Origin: a bacterium
Lineage (GTDB): Bacteria > SAR324 > JACQKK01
Reading direction: 5' to 3'
NCBI GenBank assembly: GCA_965240465.1
Contig: OZ251219.1
Span: 576,001 to 640,000, forward strand
Length of the DNA stretch: 64,000 nucleotides
The stretch's first letter is position 1. Each line of letters starts with the position of its first letter. The notes below the pieces were generated by a model, which worked only from the letters and a program-made list of their open reading frames with translations, searched no databases and was not told the origin of the DNA. Shown here piece after piece: positions 51,227-61,341 of this stretch. The position numbers were made by a program, and so were the translations under genes.

Positions 51227-52699
51227 TTATTCAGCTACTTCAAAAAATACGCGATGGAGTACTTGCAGAGCTCGTTCAGCATCCTGCTGGCGTACCACAC
51301 AAGATATATTTACTTCGGTAGCCCCTTGGGAAATTACCTCAATGTTAATGTTTTCTTTTCCTAAGGCTACAAACATACGACCCGCCGTACCGGGTAAATC
51401 TTGCATGCCCTCTCCTACGATTGCCAAAATCGCCCGATTACTTTTTATTTCTAAGGCACCTAGTTTTTCTAGCTCATCAGAGGCATGTTTCAGGGATTTC
51501 ACATGCTCCACCGTAAATGAAATACTCACCTCCGAGGTGGATACCAAATCCACCACCACCTGATGACGCTCCAAACACGCAAAAACGCGTGCCATAAATC
51601 CATAGGCGTTAAACATGCGATTGGAATGAATAGTAGCCACGCTAATGTGCGATTTTACCGTCACCGCAGTAACCACATAAGGAGAAGGAGAAGAAAGCTT
51701 GAGAATGGTTGTTCCCTTAGCATCAGGTTGATAAGTATTCATTATGCGGATGGGAATACCGCTCTCCATCACGTATTCCATGGTAAGAGGATGGAGTACT
51801 TGGGAGCCGAAATAAGTCAATTCGGCAGCTTCGGTAGGAGAAATTTGTTGCAAGGGACGAGCCGTTTTTATGCGATGAGGATCTGCGGTATAAATACCTG
51901 CCATTTCCTTCCAGATCTGCAATTCAGCCACCTGTTGTTTGCCTAGCCCTGCCGATATTAAAACCGAGGTGAGATCTGAATATCCTCGCCCTACCGTTTG
52001 CAATAAACCTCCGGGAACTAATCCGAAAAAACCAGTGGCTACCGTCAGACCAGTTGAAGCCGATCCAGTGGTACACAGCCTCGCCAACTCCTCCTGAACT
52101 GATTGAAAAAACCCATCTCTCAGCTCCTTTTCGTCTTTTAGAGCCCGACTGAGGTCAACCAGCTTGGGTTGCAAACCCTGTTGTTGCGAGCCTTGTTGTT
52201 GCGATTGAGTAGTCAACTGAGTAGTCAATTGAGTAGTTAAGAGCAAGGCACTAAGTCGTTCTCCACTGCAGATAAGCAAATCCTGTCCCCGAGGAGTAAG
52301 CTCGCCCAAAATCTGGGTGGACTTCAGCAATTGATAAGCATGCTCTATTTCTGCTTCTAGTACCAGTAATGCCTCTTGCTGTTGAGCTGCGGATGCCGAA
52401 CATTGCTCCAATAAGCCCCGATGAAAATCGGCTATCTGCTTGAGTACTTCGGCAAATGGCTTTCCTTCCAGTGCCAATTGCAAGGCTTTTAATAACTGAT
52501 TGGTTGTTCCCTCATCCTTGGTTGTGCCACTCAATGCCGAAACCACTACCACCACCCGAGTTCCCGATCGGCTAGCAGCCGCAATTATCCTAGCCGCATT
52601 CCGCAAGCGATCAGGATTGCCTAAACTGGTACCCCCGAACTTCATCACCAGATATTTCTTGCGGGCGGGGGATTGGTTTTTTAGAGAAGTGATATTCAT
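51227..52699 (-). CDS. lysC: Aspartate kinase with two ACT domains (resembles the fungal Hom3 type)
   Basis: KFGGTS, VVSA, GERLS, GRGYSD, TADP, ELTYFG..VLHP, STSEV, ISQGA.E.NIS. Confidence 0.92.
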   Translation of the reverse strand: MNITSLKNQSPARKKYLVMKFGGTSLGNPDRLRNAARIIAAASRSGTRVVVVVSALSGTTKDEGTTNQLLKALQLALEGKPFAEVLKQIADFHRGLLEQCSASAAQQQEALLVLEAEIEHAYQLLKSTQILGELTPRGQDLLICSGERLSALLLTTQLTTQLTTQSQQQGSQQQGLQPKLVDLSRALKDEKELRDGFFQSVQEELARLCTTGSASTGLTVATGFFGLVPGGLLQTVGRGYSDLTSVLISAGLGKQQVAELQIWKEMAGIYTADPHRIKTARPLQQISPTEAAELTYFGSQVLHPLTMEYVMESGIPIRIMNTYQPDAKGTTILKLSSPSPYVVTAVTVKSHISVATIHSNRMFNAYGFMARVFACLERHQVVVDLVSTSEVSISFTVEHVKSLKHASDELEKLGALEIKSNRAILAIVGEGMQDLPGTAGRMFVALGKENINIEVISQGATEVNISCVVRQQDAERALQVLHRVFFEVAE

Positions 52700-53682
52700 G
52701 AAACTCTTCTTGGCGGGACAGACAACGAAGACTTGATAGCCGTGGACCTAACAGCCGTGGACTTAGCCTTGGTGATGCGTGATAGCCAAGCCGCATAGAT
52801 CTGAGTGGCTGTCCTTTCATCCAAGGAGGGTAGGTTGGGGAACGCTTGTCGCAAGTGATAAGCCGTCAAAGCTACTGATACCGATAAATTATAGCTGGCT
52901 ACGAATCCGTACATGGGGATTGAGAAGTATCCATCAGCAGCTTTCAGGGCGGCTGGGGAAACTCCTCGGTGCTCGTTGCCGAACACCAAAGCTAGGGGAC
53001 GGGATAGATCTAGCTCAGGCAGGGGGATCGGCAGATTAGCAGGTAGGGCAGCAGAATGACGGTTTGAAATCTTTGTGGTGGGTGAGTGAGAATTCTCTGC
53101 CATGCTTTGACTAGGCAGAGCTTGACTAGGCAGAGCTTGACTAGGCAGAGCTTGACTAGGCAGGGCTTGACTAGCCAGTACCTGATATCCGTCTTTTTTT
53201 AGAAATGCAATTGCGGAATTAATATCACTCCACCAGTACAAATTGAGCCACCGATTAGAACCCTGGGTAATTCCCTGAGATAATTGCTTGGAATTTTTGG
53301 GTAAAGGACACGGGCGATTAGGGGCTTCATCTGGGATGGCAGAAGCATCTCCAGCATTAGCATCCCCAGTATTAGCTCTAGTTTCATCAATCCAGAGCCT
53401 AGTACCAGCTTCCACCAGATGTGCTTCTTGGAAGGAACAGCCATCCAAGCTTCTAAGAGCAGCACTGCAATTGTGAGGGTCTACCATATTTTCAAACACA
53501 AACACTGCCTGCCGACTGCGACGGGATAATACTGCCCGCAGTTTTTTTGACCTCTGAGGTAGAAGGAGTCCTTCCAGCTCAGCGATCAATTTTGGGGCTT
53601 CTGCTGGGGAGGGAAGCTGGGGCTGTTGGGATAGCAAACCAGGGGGAGATAGCCATTTCTCAGCTGAATTTTTATTTAACAT
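52696..53682 (-). CDS. trmH: TrmH-family tRNA/rRNA 2'-O-methyltransferase with low-complexity insertions
   Basis: E...DPHN.SA.LRS, FGNEHRGVS, IPM.GF..SYNLSV. Confidence 0.8.
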   Translation of the reverse strand: MLNKNSAEKWLSPPGLLSQQPQLPSPAEAPKLIAELEGLLLPQRSKKLRAVLSRRSRQAVFVFENMVDPHNCSAALRSLDGCSFQEAHLVEAGTRLWIDETRANTGDANAGDASAIPDEAPNRPCPLPKNSKQLSQGITQGSNRWLNLYWWSDINSAIAFLKKDGYQVLASQALPSQALPSQALPSQALPSQSMAENSHSPTTKISNRHSAALPANLPIPLPELDLSRPLALVFGNEHRGVSPAALKAADGYFSIPMYGFVASYNLSVSVALTAYHLRQAFPNLPSLDERTATQIYAAWLSRITKAKSTAVRSTAIKSSLSVPPRRVS

Positions 53683-53741
53683 TAAAAATTTCTTTCGGTT
53701 TTTTTTGATTGGAATCGCAAGTTCATATGTCCGTGTGAAAG

Positions 53742-54734
53742 CTAAGCAACATTCTCTTGGAGTAGTACATCCCGAGCGAGATCCTCATTCTTTAATGCTT
53801 TCAGTGTTTCTAGAGCCTCCATCAGTTCGGGGGCAGTTTCCTTTTTCAGCAGGGCGATACGGTTCTCTTTGGCTAGCGGGAAACCCTTGATATACCCTAC
53901 CAAATGTTTGCGGAATTCTAGTACTGCCCTCCTTTCATTAGGTTTTATCTCGGCTAGTAACTTAAAATGAAATTTCATCACCCTTATCCTTTCTGCCATA
54001 CTCGGAACTTGCTCACAGGAGGAAAAAACCCAAGGATTCCCTATGGCAGCCCTACCAATCATAAAGCCATCCAAGTTTCCTAACTTATTAAGACCCTCTA
54101 TTCGGTGTTTAAGATCTCCATTGCCTAAGACCCGCACCTTAACCTTGCTTTTCAAATTATAAATGGACTCCCAATCAGCTTTACCACCAAAGCTAGCATC
54201 ATAGGTGCGTCCATGGATGGTTAACAGGGAAGCCCCCGCATCCACCAAGCCCCTCGCAAAATCTACCAACCCCGCCGATGAACGCCAGCCCAACCTCGTC
54301 TTTACCGATACGGCTAATGAAGAAGCATTAGCTACCGCTTCTACTATCTGGCAAGCAAGCCGAGGATCACGCATCAGACTGCTACCATGCTGAGAATTGA
54401 TGATACGGCGAGAAGGACAACCCATGTTAATGTCTATCCCAGATACTCCTTCTCCAGCTAGTACTCTGGTTGCTTCTGCAAATGACTCTGGCTGCCCACC
54501 AAACAATTGTACGAAATAAGGCTGCTCCTGAGGAGCAAATTGCAATCTTTGCCTCACTCGGTCACTACGCAAAAAACCTTCCGCACTGGTGAACTCGCTG
54601 AAGAGGATCACATCAGGATACAAACCGCGTACCAATTGACGATAAGCAGTATCGGTGATGCCATCCATGGGTGCCAGACAAACCAGGGGAGAAGATCGGC
54701 TTGGGTGAAGTTCGGTAGTAGGACTAGCAGACAT
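53742..54734 (-). CDS. dusB: tRNA-dihydrouridine synthase (DusB-like)
   Basis: LAPMDG.TD, IDINMGCP, SVKTRLGW, TIHGRT, GNGD, MIGRAAIGNPW; the upstream ORF extension is repeat-derived. Confidence 0.9.
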   Translation of the reverse strand: MSASPTTELHPSRSSPLVCLAPMDGITDTAYRQLVRGLYPDVILFSEFTSAEGFLRSDRVRQRLQFAPQEQPYFVQLFGGQPESFAEATRVLAGEGVSGIDINMGCPSRRIINSQHGSSLMRDPRLACQIVEAVANASSLAVSVKTRLGWRSSAGLVDFARGLVDAGASLLTIHGRTYDASFGGKADWESIYNLKSKVKVRVLGNGDLKHRIEGLNKLGNLDGFMIGRAAIGNPWVFSSCEQVPSMAERIRVMKFHFKLLAEIKPNERRAVLEFRKHLVGYIKGFPLAKENRIALLKKETAPELMEALETLKALKNEDLARDVLLQENVA

Positions 54735-54889
54735 TGGCAAGGACACTAAGCAACAGGGCAAGGACACTAAGCAACAGGGCAAAACAGAGGGCAGGGCAGA
54801 GGAGGGCAAGGCAACAAGGCAAAACAGAGGGCAAGGCAACAGGGCAGGCGACCTTTGGTGCTTAGAAGAATAGCACAGCAGATATGGGG

Positions 54890-56158
54890 CTAGGAGCTAA
54901 AAAATTGAGAGAAGAATTCTTTATGTACCCACCTCAGGGCTTGAGTGGCAAAAGCTAGCTGATGTTCTAGGCGGGTTTGAAAAGGAGGTAGGGTAATCAA
55001 ATGGGTGGCAGAGTGTCGCTGAGAAGCCAGAGCTAGCCAAGTTTGTCCATTTTTAGGGCTTTGTCTTTTGCCATCGGGTGGTCCGGCCATTCCGCTTTCC
55101 ACAATGACTAGCCCGGGATGCTCGGTTTGGGATTTTCTCAGTATTTGTTGTGCTATGGTGCGGACATGCTTTTCGCTGACCGAGGATTCAGGAGCCGAGC
55201 TAAGTTTCAATTGGGCTGCTCTGCTGTAAGGGATACGGGCTTGGTGGAAGTAGCAAGAGGCATTAGAACATGCCAGTAAAGAATGCGATATTAAGCCTCC
55301 GCTACTGGTTTCACTGATGCTAAGGGCTGGAGTGGGATTGCTAGCCAGCAATTTTTCGTGGAGCAGTTGGGCAGTGCGGAGCAGTTTTTGCCAAGCTGAA
55401 TTATGGTCTTGCTGAAGGAGGCTGAGTGAATTGGGGTCTGGAGCATAAGCCTCAAAAAATTCCTGCACCAAACCGCTACTGACCATGGCGGTAAGAGGAT
55501 CTCGGGCTTCGGCACAACGACGAATTGCTCGGCTGCTGGAGGGTAAAAATGGGAGTAGCCCGCGGGGAACATTTTTTAGAGGGTAATCAATCACTTTTAA
55601 TTGGCAATGGAGATCTGCTACTCTTTGTTGAGTTCTTGGTGGTGGTTGTGGCGATGACTCACGTTCTAGCAAGTGCCAGAGGACATCTTTAGTGAGTATG
55701 AGGGTATCGGCATCGGAAAAAATGGAGGGATCACCCAAGCGAGCTAGCAGATCCGTGCCTGCCAAAACATTGATGGGATTTTTAATTCCCAACGACTTTA
55801 ACCAAATGATATGCTCTGCCAGCCGCACGGGACGATCAAATTGTAGCTCCCGTTCACAGATCTCGGCTGCTCTTTTGATTGCCAATCCCCCTTCATTTTT
55901 GGCTGCTTCGGCTAGGGTACTTTTGTTTTCATCATCGGATTCACGCAGCAATTGCTTAGCCCAACGCAGGCGATGAGAAGCGGCTATGGTGGTCGGGGAC
56001 TTACTGGGGTCTGGGTGGAGACCATTGGAGATCAGGAGTACCACTTTTTGCAGGGAACTCCGTTGCAGCAGCCATTCTGCTGCTACCAAATGGTGAAATC
56101 CTAGCGGGTTGGCTGTCAGCGGGTAAAAAATAGTCCCCTGATCCCATTTGGTATCCAT
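54890..56158 (-). CDS. Fusion of NadD-like nucleotidyltransferase and CinA/PncC-like domain
   Basis: N-term NPLGFHHL, AGTDLL, SSRAIRR; C-term SISETSSGGLIS, AS.YF, SVSE, ESGMAGP. Confidence 0.65.
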   Translation of the reverse strand: MDTKWDQGTIFYPLTANPLGFHHLVAAEWLLQRSSLQKVVLLISNGLHPDPSKSPTTIAASHRLRWAKQLLRESDDENKSTLAEAAKNEGGLAIKRAAEICERELQFDRPVRLAEHIIWLKSLGIKNPINVLAGTDLLARLGDPSIFSDADTLILTKDVLWHLLERESSPQPPPRTQQRVADLHCQLKVIDYPLKNVPRGLLPFLPSSSRAIRRCAEARDPLTAMVSSGLVQEFFEAYAPDPNSLSLLQQDHNSAWQKLLRTAQLLHEKLLASNPTPALSISETSSGGLISHSLLACSNASCYFHQARIPYSRAAQLKLSSAPESSVSEKHVRTIAQQILRKSQTEHPGLVIVESGMAGPPDGKRQSPKNGQTWLALASQRHSATHLITLPPFQTRLEHQLAFATQALRWVHKEFFSQFFSS

Positions 56159-56377
56159 GGCAAATTAAATGGGCAAATTAAATGGGCAAATTAAATGAGT
56201 GGTAGCGAATAGGAAGATAATCGTAGCCGGTATTTTTTTATTTTTGCAATTAGTTAGCATGATAAAAAATTAAGCACGCGGATAGGTGGTAGTTATATTA
56301 GTTATTATATCAATTAGTATGTTAGTTAGTGAAACAAGCGTGGAACAAGCATTATAATAAGTTAATAGGAGTGTAAA

Positions 56378-56779
56378 ATGGATGAAATGTTTAAGGTAGT
56401 TAAAAAGGATCAGCCCGCAGACGAACTAGCAACATCTCAATCGCCTCTGGAAAAAGCAGAGACGAAGGTAATTTCCGTGATCAAAGATGACATAAATAAT
56501 AATTCCATCATGTTGTACATGAAAGGAGAGCCAGACTGTCCTCAGTGTGGTTTTTCGGCAACGATGGTGGAGATATTGGAGCAGCTGGAATTTGATTATG
56601 CCACTCGTGATGTTTTAGAGGATCAGGCTTTGCGAGCAGCCATCAAGCAATTTTCCGACTGGCCTACCGTGCCGCAGCTCTATGTAAAAGGAGAGTTTAT
56701 CGGAGGGTGTGATATTATTTCTGACCTACATGCTAAGGGAGAGTTGCGACCCTTGTTAGAAAAGGCACTAGCCAAATAG
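56378..56779 (+). CDS. grxD: Monothiol glutaredoxin (Grx4)
   Basis: MKG.P..PQCGFS, WPT.PQLYV.GEFIGGCDI. Confidence 0.95.
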   Translation: MDEMFKVVKKDQPADELATSQSPLEKAETKVISVIKDDINNNSIMLYMKGEPDCPQCGFSATMVEILEQLEFDYATRDVLEDQALRAAIKQFSDWPTVPQLYVKGEFIGGCDIISDLHAKGELRPLLEKALAK

Positions 56780-56790
56780 AGGTTCTCTTT

Positions 56791-57633
56791 ATGAGCCCTG
56801 AGGAAGCCCGCAGGTGTACTCTAGTACATATTTCCGATCTGCATATTCATCAGTTTTCTTGGCGACCGTGGCATTATGCCAACAAACGCCTTTTAGGAGA
56901 AGCCAATTGGTGGCTGAGGCGTGGTCGGCAGTTTCCCCGATCACGACAGCGAACCCTGGTTACTCAATTGCAGGCTTTGGATTGGGATTATCTCTTGTGT
57001 AGCGGAGATGTGACCCAGCTATCACTAAAACCAGAATTTGAGCTAGCTAGCCTCCTTTTAGCACCCTTGCTAGAGAAGGGTCAGGTATTTGTGCTCCCTG
57101 GTAATCATGATCGCTATGTTAAGTCGGACAATCATTTTGAAAAGTACTTTGGCAAATATGCTCCAAAGTCCCATAATTTGCTATGGCGTAGGCTGAGTAG
57201 TCATTGGTGGCTACTGGCTTGGGATAGTGCGAAGCCCGCTCCTTGGTTCAAGGCTAGCGGCTTGGTACCATCGGAAACTTTAGCGGAAAGTTCTCGCCAG
57301 TTGGCAACTCTTCCTAAGCAGGGACGGGTAATCTTGGCAAATCATTATCCTTTGTTTTTTCATCCTCCTCATTACTATAAAAAAAGACGAGATCTAGAAA
57401 ATCATCAAGAAGTATGCGACTGGGTACTTAAGCATAGCCCCCCCATCGCCCTCTACCTGCATGGGCATATTCATAGCAATTGGCAATATCAACCTCCTGA
57501 AGCCAAGGGAAAACTTATGGTAGTGAACTCGGCTTCTTCTACTCAGAAGCCCAAAACTGGGCAAAAATCAGCTTTCCATCGCCTTATATTGGATGGAGCA
57601 CAATACCAAGTAGAAGACTTGCTACTGACCTAG
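56791..57633 (+). CDS. Calcineurin-like metallophosphoesterase
   Basis: SDLH, SGD, PGNHD, HYP, HGHIH. Confidence 0.9.
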   Translation: MSPEEARRCTLVHISDLHIHQFSWRPWHYANKRLLGEANWWLRRGRQFPRSRQRTLVTQLQALDWDYLLCSGDVTQLSLKPEFELASLLLAPLLEKGQVFVLPGNHDRYVKSDNHFEKYFGKYAPKSHNLLWRRLSSHWWLLAWDSAKPAPWFKASGLVPSETLAESSRQLATLPKQGRVILANHYPLFFHPPHYYKKRRDLENHQEVCDWVLKHSPPIALYLHGHIHSNWQYQPPEAKGKLMVVNSASSTQKPKTGQKSAFHRLILDGAQYQVEDLLLT

Positions 57634-57710
57634 CCGTAGCAAAATCTAAAGATACCTGAGTACATAAGATTAGCGTCTACTGACTTCTTGGTTGAGAAAA
57701 AAATTATTTC

Positions 57711-58907
57711 TTATTCTTTTAATCTCGCCATCAGGTATGCCATAGGACGCTTGCCTTTTATTCTATTGCATTGTGGACATAGCAGCTGTAGGTTTTCTCT
57801 CTCATTTCCCCCACCATCCGCTTTTGGAACAATGTGATCAATATCTAAATCATCCCTCTTAAAGACATCTCTTTTACAGCCATTACACTTCCCGTCCTGT
57901 TTACCATAAAGATAATATTTATCCTCTTTGGTAGGATCCTTCTTAAAATCCCTGTCAGTGCGGGTTGGTATATCGGTTCTATAAATGGGTTTGGGGCGAA
58001 ATAAGTCAGATGACACTTCCTTTTGTAAACGCCTTTGTACAAGATCAAAGGCGACTGGTGAAACGTCTATACCTATCCACTGACGCTCCAAGCGTGAGGC
58101 AGCTATACAGGTGGTAGCACAGCCACAGAATGGATCAAGTACAAGTCCTTTCTCAAGACAGGATGCTTTAATAATACGCTCCAGCAGTGCCAGCGGTTTC
58201 TGGGTCGGATAACCTGTACGCTCCCTCGCTTGCGCGTTTAAGGATTGTATGTCTGTCCACACATCCATCGGCAGTTTCTTCTCGTTTGTAGCTCTGGTGG
58301 CATTCTTGATACCTGTTTTAATGCGTCTTAAAACTTCCTCTGTGCGTGACACCAAAATATTGTGCGGGGTAAAAATATATTTATCTGTTTTTGTATAGAA
58401 TAAAAGAACATCGTGTTTTCTAGCAAACCACCGCTTACCTGCACCACCTGTTTGATAATGCCATATCACCTCATTCACAAAAGAAGAATACCCAAAAATC
58501 GTATCCAACAATAATCTCAAATAGTGACTAGCAGTGGTATCGCAATGTAAATACAGACTGCCTGTGTCCTTCAAGACACGATGCATTTCAAACAAACGCA
58601 CTGCCATATAAATCAAATAGTATTTTGCAGAACGACTTCCTACCTCGCCCACAGCATCCAAGTACTTATACAGCTTGGGTTGCTTGGCTCTGATCTCATC
58701 ATGCCACTCATCCTTGACGGATTCTTCATGCCATATATCATTAAAATCAGCACCCTCAGCCTCACTACCTACGGGTGCATGGAATTGTCTCCCCTTATTG
58801 AAAGGTGGATCAAGATAAATCAGATCTATGCTGTTGCTGTTAATGCCACGCAATACGGGCAAGTTGTCATGACAAAAAATGGTATGTGGTTTTAAGGTTT
58901 TTTGCAT
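57711..58907 (-). CDS. Beta-class amino-DNA methyltransferase fused to a C-terminal HNH endonuclease domain
   Basis: YLDPPF (motif IV), YPTQKP..LL.RII, LDPFCG (motif I); CNGC...DIDHIVP..GG.....NLQLLCPQCN..KG. Confidence 0.88.
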   Translation of the reverse strand: MQKTLKPHTIFCHDNLPVLRGINSNSIDLIYLDPPFNKGRQFHAPVGSEAEGADFNDIWHEESVKDEWHDEIRAKQPKLYKYLDAVGEVGSRSAKYYLIYMAVRLFEMHRVLKDTGSLYLHCDTTASHYLRLLLDTIFGYSSFVNEVIWHYQTGGAGKRWFARKHDVLLFYTKTDKYIFTPHNILVSRTEEVLRRIKTGIKNATRATNEKKLPMDVWTDIQSLNAQARERTGYPTQKPLALLERIIKASCLEKGLVLDPFCGCATTCIAASRLERQWIGIDVSPVAFDLVQRRLQKEVSSDLFRPKPIYRTDIPTRTDRDFKKDPTKEDKYYLYGKQDGKCNGCKRDVFKRDDLDIDHIVPKADGGGNERENLQLLCPQCNRIKGKRPMAYLMARLKE

Positions 58908-59148
58908 GGGAGAATCTCTGTTCTCGTCTAAAACTGCAAAGCAACAAAAAATTCCCCATTTCTTTAAGATTACCTGTTAACAGGTTCTCTCCATTTTTGG
59001 TGTTTTCCAAGATACTTTTCAGTACCTACTAGCTACATCCTAAACATTTACTCATGATGTTGTCAAAAAACACTTGATTTTTTGTTCCTGTGATAAGGAA
59101 AAATAAAAGAGCTTTTCAGTAGCTGATAAGTGTTGAGGTCAGAGGTAG

Positions 59149-61341
59149 TTACCAGCCAAAGAGTCTTAAGGAAAGTGAGGTCTTGTTTTCTACAACGTAG
59201 CGAATTTCGTCATCTTCTTTCTGGCTGACTACCTCTTCAATCAATGAAATGCGTAACCGATAACAAATAGGAGAAAATTCCAAGAACAGGCCAGAGTATT
59301 GTAATGCTCTCTCGGCAGGGCGAACGGTGGGTTCCAAATCCCAGCGTGCCTGCCAACCGCTGGTGAGAAAGCGAGCTAGGGTAAATTGAAAGTTAAAGTT
59401 CACGTTCTCGGATTTGATATTCCAAGAGAAATCTTCTTTTTGGTAATCACGGCGATTAAAATGCCAACCCAGCGAAGAATTGGAACCCGAGGACAGCTGA
59501 GAAAGGCGAACCTCGGCTTGACTGGTTTCTCGGCGTTGATGGTCGTAGCGAGTTTTGCTGTTTAGGTTGAACCCAGCAAATTGCAATCCTAGCTGGGTGA
59601 TTAAGGGCAACAAGGGCGCTTGAGAATTGCCCTCGGGGGCTATTATGGAATCGCTGATAGTGCTAGGGGGCTGTACTTCTGATGAGGTATTTATCCCTTC
59701 TAGCGAGTTCTCTTTATTTTCTCGTAGGGTATCATAGCGTTGCAGCAGATTTAGATAACCAGAATTGTTCCCCCAGCTCCAATTGTTTTTTAAGAGCAAG
59801 GTATAGCTTTTTTTGGCTATTAGAGGATAGGATATCGGATGATCCTCATGCGAAGTTTCCAAGTGTACCTCTTCTCGCCATTGAAATCCCAGGGCTGGGG
59901 TTAATCTGTGTATCAGACCCGACCTTTTGGGGCTGGCAAAGAAACGAGCCTCCAAGGGCAGACGAAACTCCACTTCTAGAGCATCTTGATGGAAGTCTCT
60001 AGAGGGTAGGGCTTGCTGATACTCTGGTTGATACTCTGGTTGATATTGCTCCAAGTCGGCATAGCTCACCTGATGGCGATGAACCAAAAACCGAGAATTT
60101 ATAGGTCCTAATCCCTGAGCCCATTCCAATTGCGGTTGCAAGGCGATAACTCTTCCGCTGAGAGCTTTGGGGGCGTTAAAGCGAAGGTACTCTCCTTGCC
60201 AGCTAAACTGAAATCTTGCTCGGGGAAAAAACGACCATTGCCGAGCTCCTTGGAGTCTCAATCTGGGGGCTAGCTGAGCTTTTTCATTACTATCGGCTGG
60301 GCTACGGGGATGTTTGGATTCGTCCTGCAGTTGGCTATGATGATAACCAGCGATAGACCAGTCAAATTTATCTAATTGCTGACTAAAGCCAGCCTGCCAA
60401 GCTTTCCAAGGGCGATAATTAAGTTGATTCCCATATTGGTGGCGTACCAATCCATCTGAGGAGTGAGCGTAATTTAGGGTCAGGCGATTTTTTTGCTGCC
60501 AGCCTTGGTTGTGTTCAAAGTCGGTCCAGTTGCGAGTTCCCTGATATTCGTGCCTAGTGAGGTGTCCTCGTTGATCCATCTGCCAAGCATAGCGATATTC
60601 CAAACCGATTCCATTAGGTTTATTCTCGAAAAACTCAGGGGCGATGGTGATATCTTGAGAAGGTCCCAGGGTTTGAAAATAGGGGATTTTGGTGTACCAG
60701 CCTAAATGTAGTGATTCTTCTAAGGAGCTTTTATTTTTTATTTCAGGTAATAAGAATCCGCTTAATCTTTGGTTGCCAGTAGGAAAGGAAAACCAAGGAA
60801 ACCACAGCACAGGCAGGGAAAGAACATGCAAACTACTATTAACGGTACTTACCAAGCCATTCCCCGATATGTTCACTCGCTCGGCTTTTACTTTCCAAGC
60901 AAATAAAGGATTAGGACAACTGGTAAGATCGCAATTGTATAGCTTAAATTCCCCATCGGAATTCAACTCGGCATGCTTAGCCCGTATTTGTAAGCCATCT
61001 TTGGGATCATAAATGGCGAGATCCTTAAATTCGCCCTGCAGGGGATTAAATCTCAGAACCATCTGCTGAGCAGAACCCTCCAAATCGCCGTAGTTAAAGA
61101 GTATCAAACCTTTGGCTTTGGCGGTGTTGCGTTCTTCATTCACCTCCAATAAAGGTGAAAATATCGTCCAATTGCCTTCCTGCAGGCGGGCATCTTCAAA
61201 AATGTAGCTCTTTTTAGCTGGTTCATATCTAAAGGAGGGGGATTCAATGTCCAATGCTTGAGCTGAATTAGAGCAACCCAGCATTATTATCCACAGTAGC
61301 CAGAGCTTTTTTTTGGGTGTTTTTTTAGCGATTTGGAGAAT
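59149..61341 (-). CDS. lptD: LPS-assembly protein LptD (probable ATT start at 61341; first ATG at 61284)
   Basis: TSC...W...A, PVLWFPW.SFP, RLSGFL.P, PYF, G.EYRY beta-barrel pattern. Confidence 0.8.
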   Translation of the reverse strand: MLQIAKKTPKKKLWLLWIIMLGCSNSAQALDIESPSFRYEPAKKSYIFEDARLQEGNWTIFSPLLEVNEERNTAKAKGLILFNYGDLEGSAQQMVLRFNPLQGEFKDLAIYDPKDGLQIRAKHAELNSDGEFKLYNCDLTSCPNPLFAWKVKAERVNISGNGLVSTVNSSLHVLSLPVLWFPWFSFPTGNQRLSGFLLPEIKNKSSLEESLHLGWYTKIPYFQTLGPSQDITIAPEFFENKPNGIGLEYRYAWQMDQRGHLTRHEYQGTRNWTDFEHNQGWQQKNRLTLNYAHSSDGLVRHQYGNQLNYRPWKAWQAGFSQQLDKFDWSIAGYHHSQLQDESKHPRSPADSNEKAQLAPRLRLQGARQWSFFPRARFQFSWQGEYLRFNAPKALSGRVIALQPQLEWAQGLGPINSRFLVHRHQVSYADLEQYQPEYQPEYQQALPSRDFHQDALEVEFRLPLEARFFASPKRSGLIHRLTPALGFQWREEVHLETSHEDHPISYPLIAKKSYTLLLKNNWSWGNNSGYLNLLQRYDTLRENKENSLEGINTSSEVQPPSTISDSIIAPEGNSQAPLLPLITQLGLQFAGFNLNSKTRYDHQRRETSQAEVRLSQLSSGSNSSLGWHFNRRDYQKEDFSWNIKSENVNFNFQFTLARFLTSGWQARWDLEPTVRPAERALQYSGLFLEFSPICYRLRISLIEEVVSQKEDDEIRYVVENKTSLSLRLFGW

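Noticed and set aside
54735-54850. Cys-rich N-terminal extension of DusB (LPCCLVS repeats)
   Set aside because: Derived from an upstream tandem repeat; the DusB domain begins after the ATG at 54734
61287-61295. Perfect DnaA box TTATCCACA
   Set aside because: Single copy inside lptD coding sequence; one 9-mer hit is expected by chance in 64 kb
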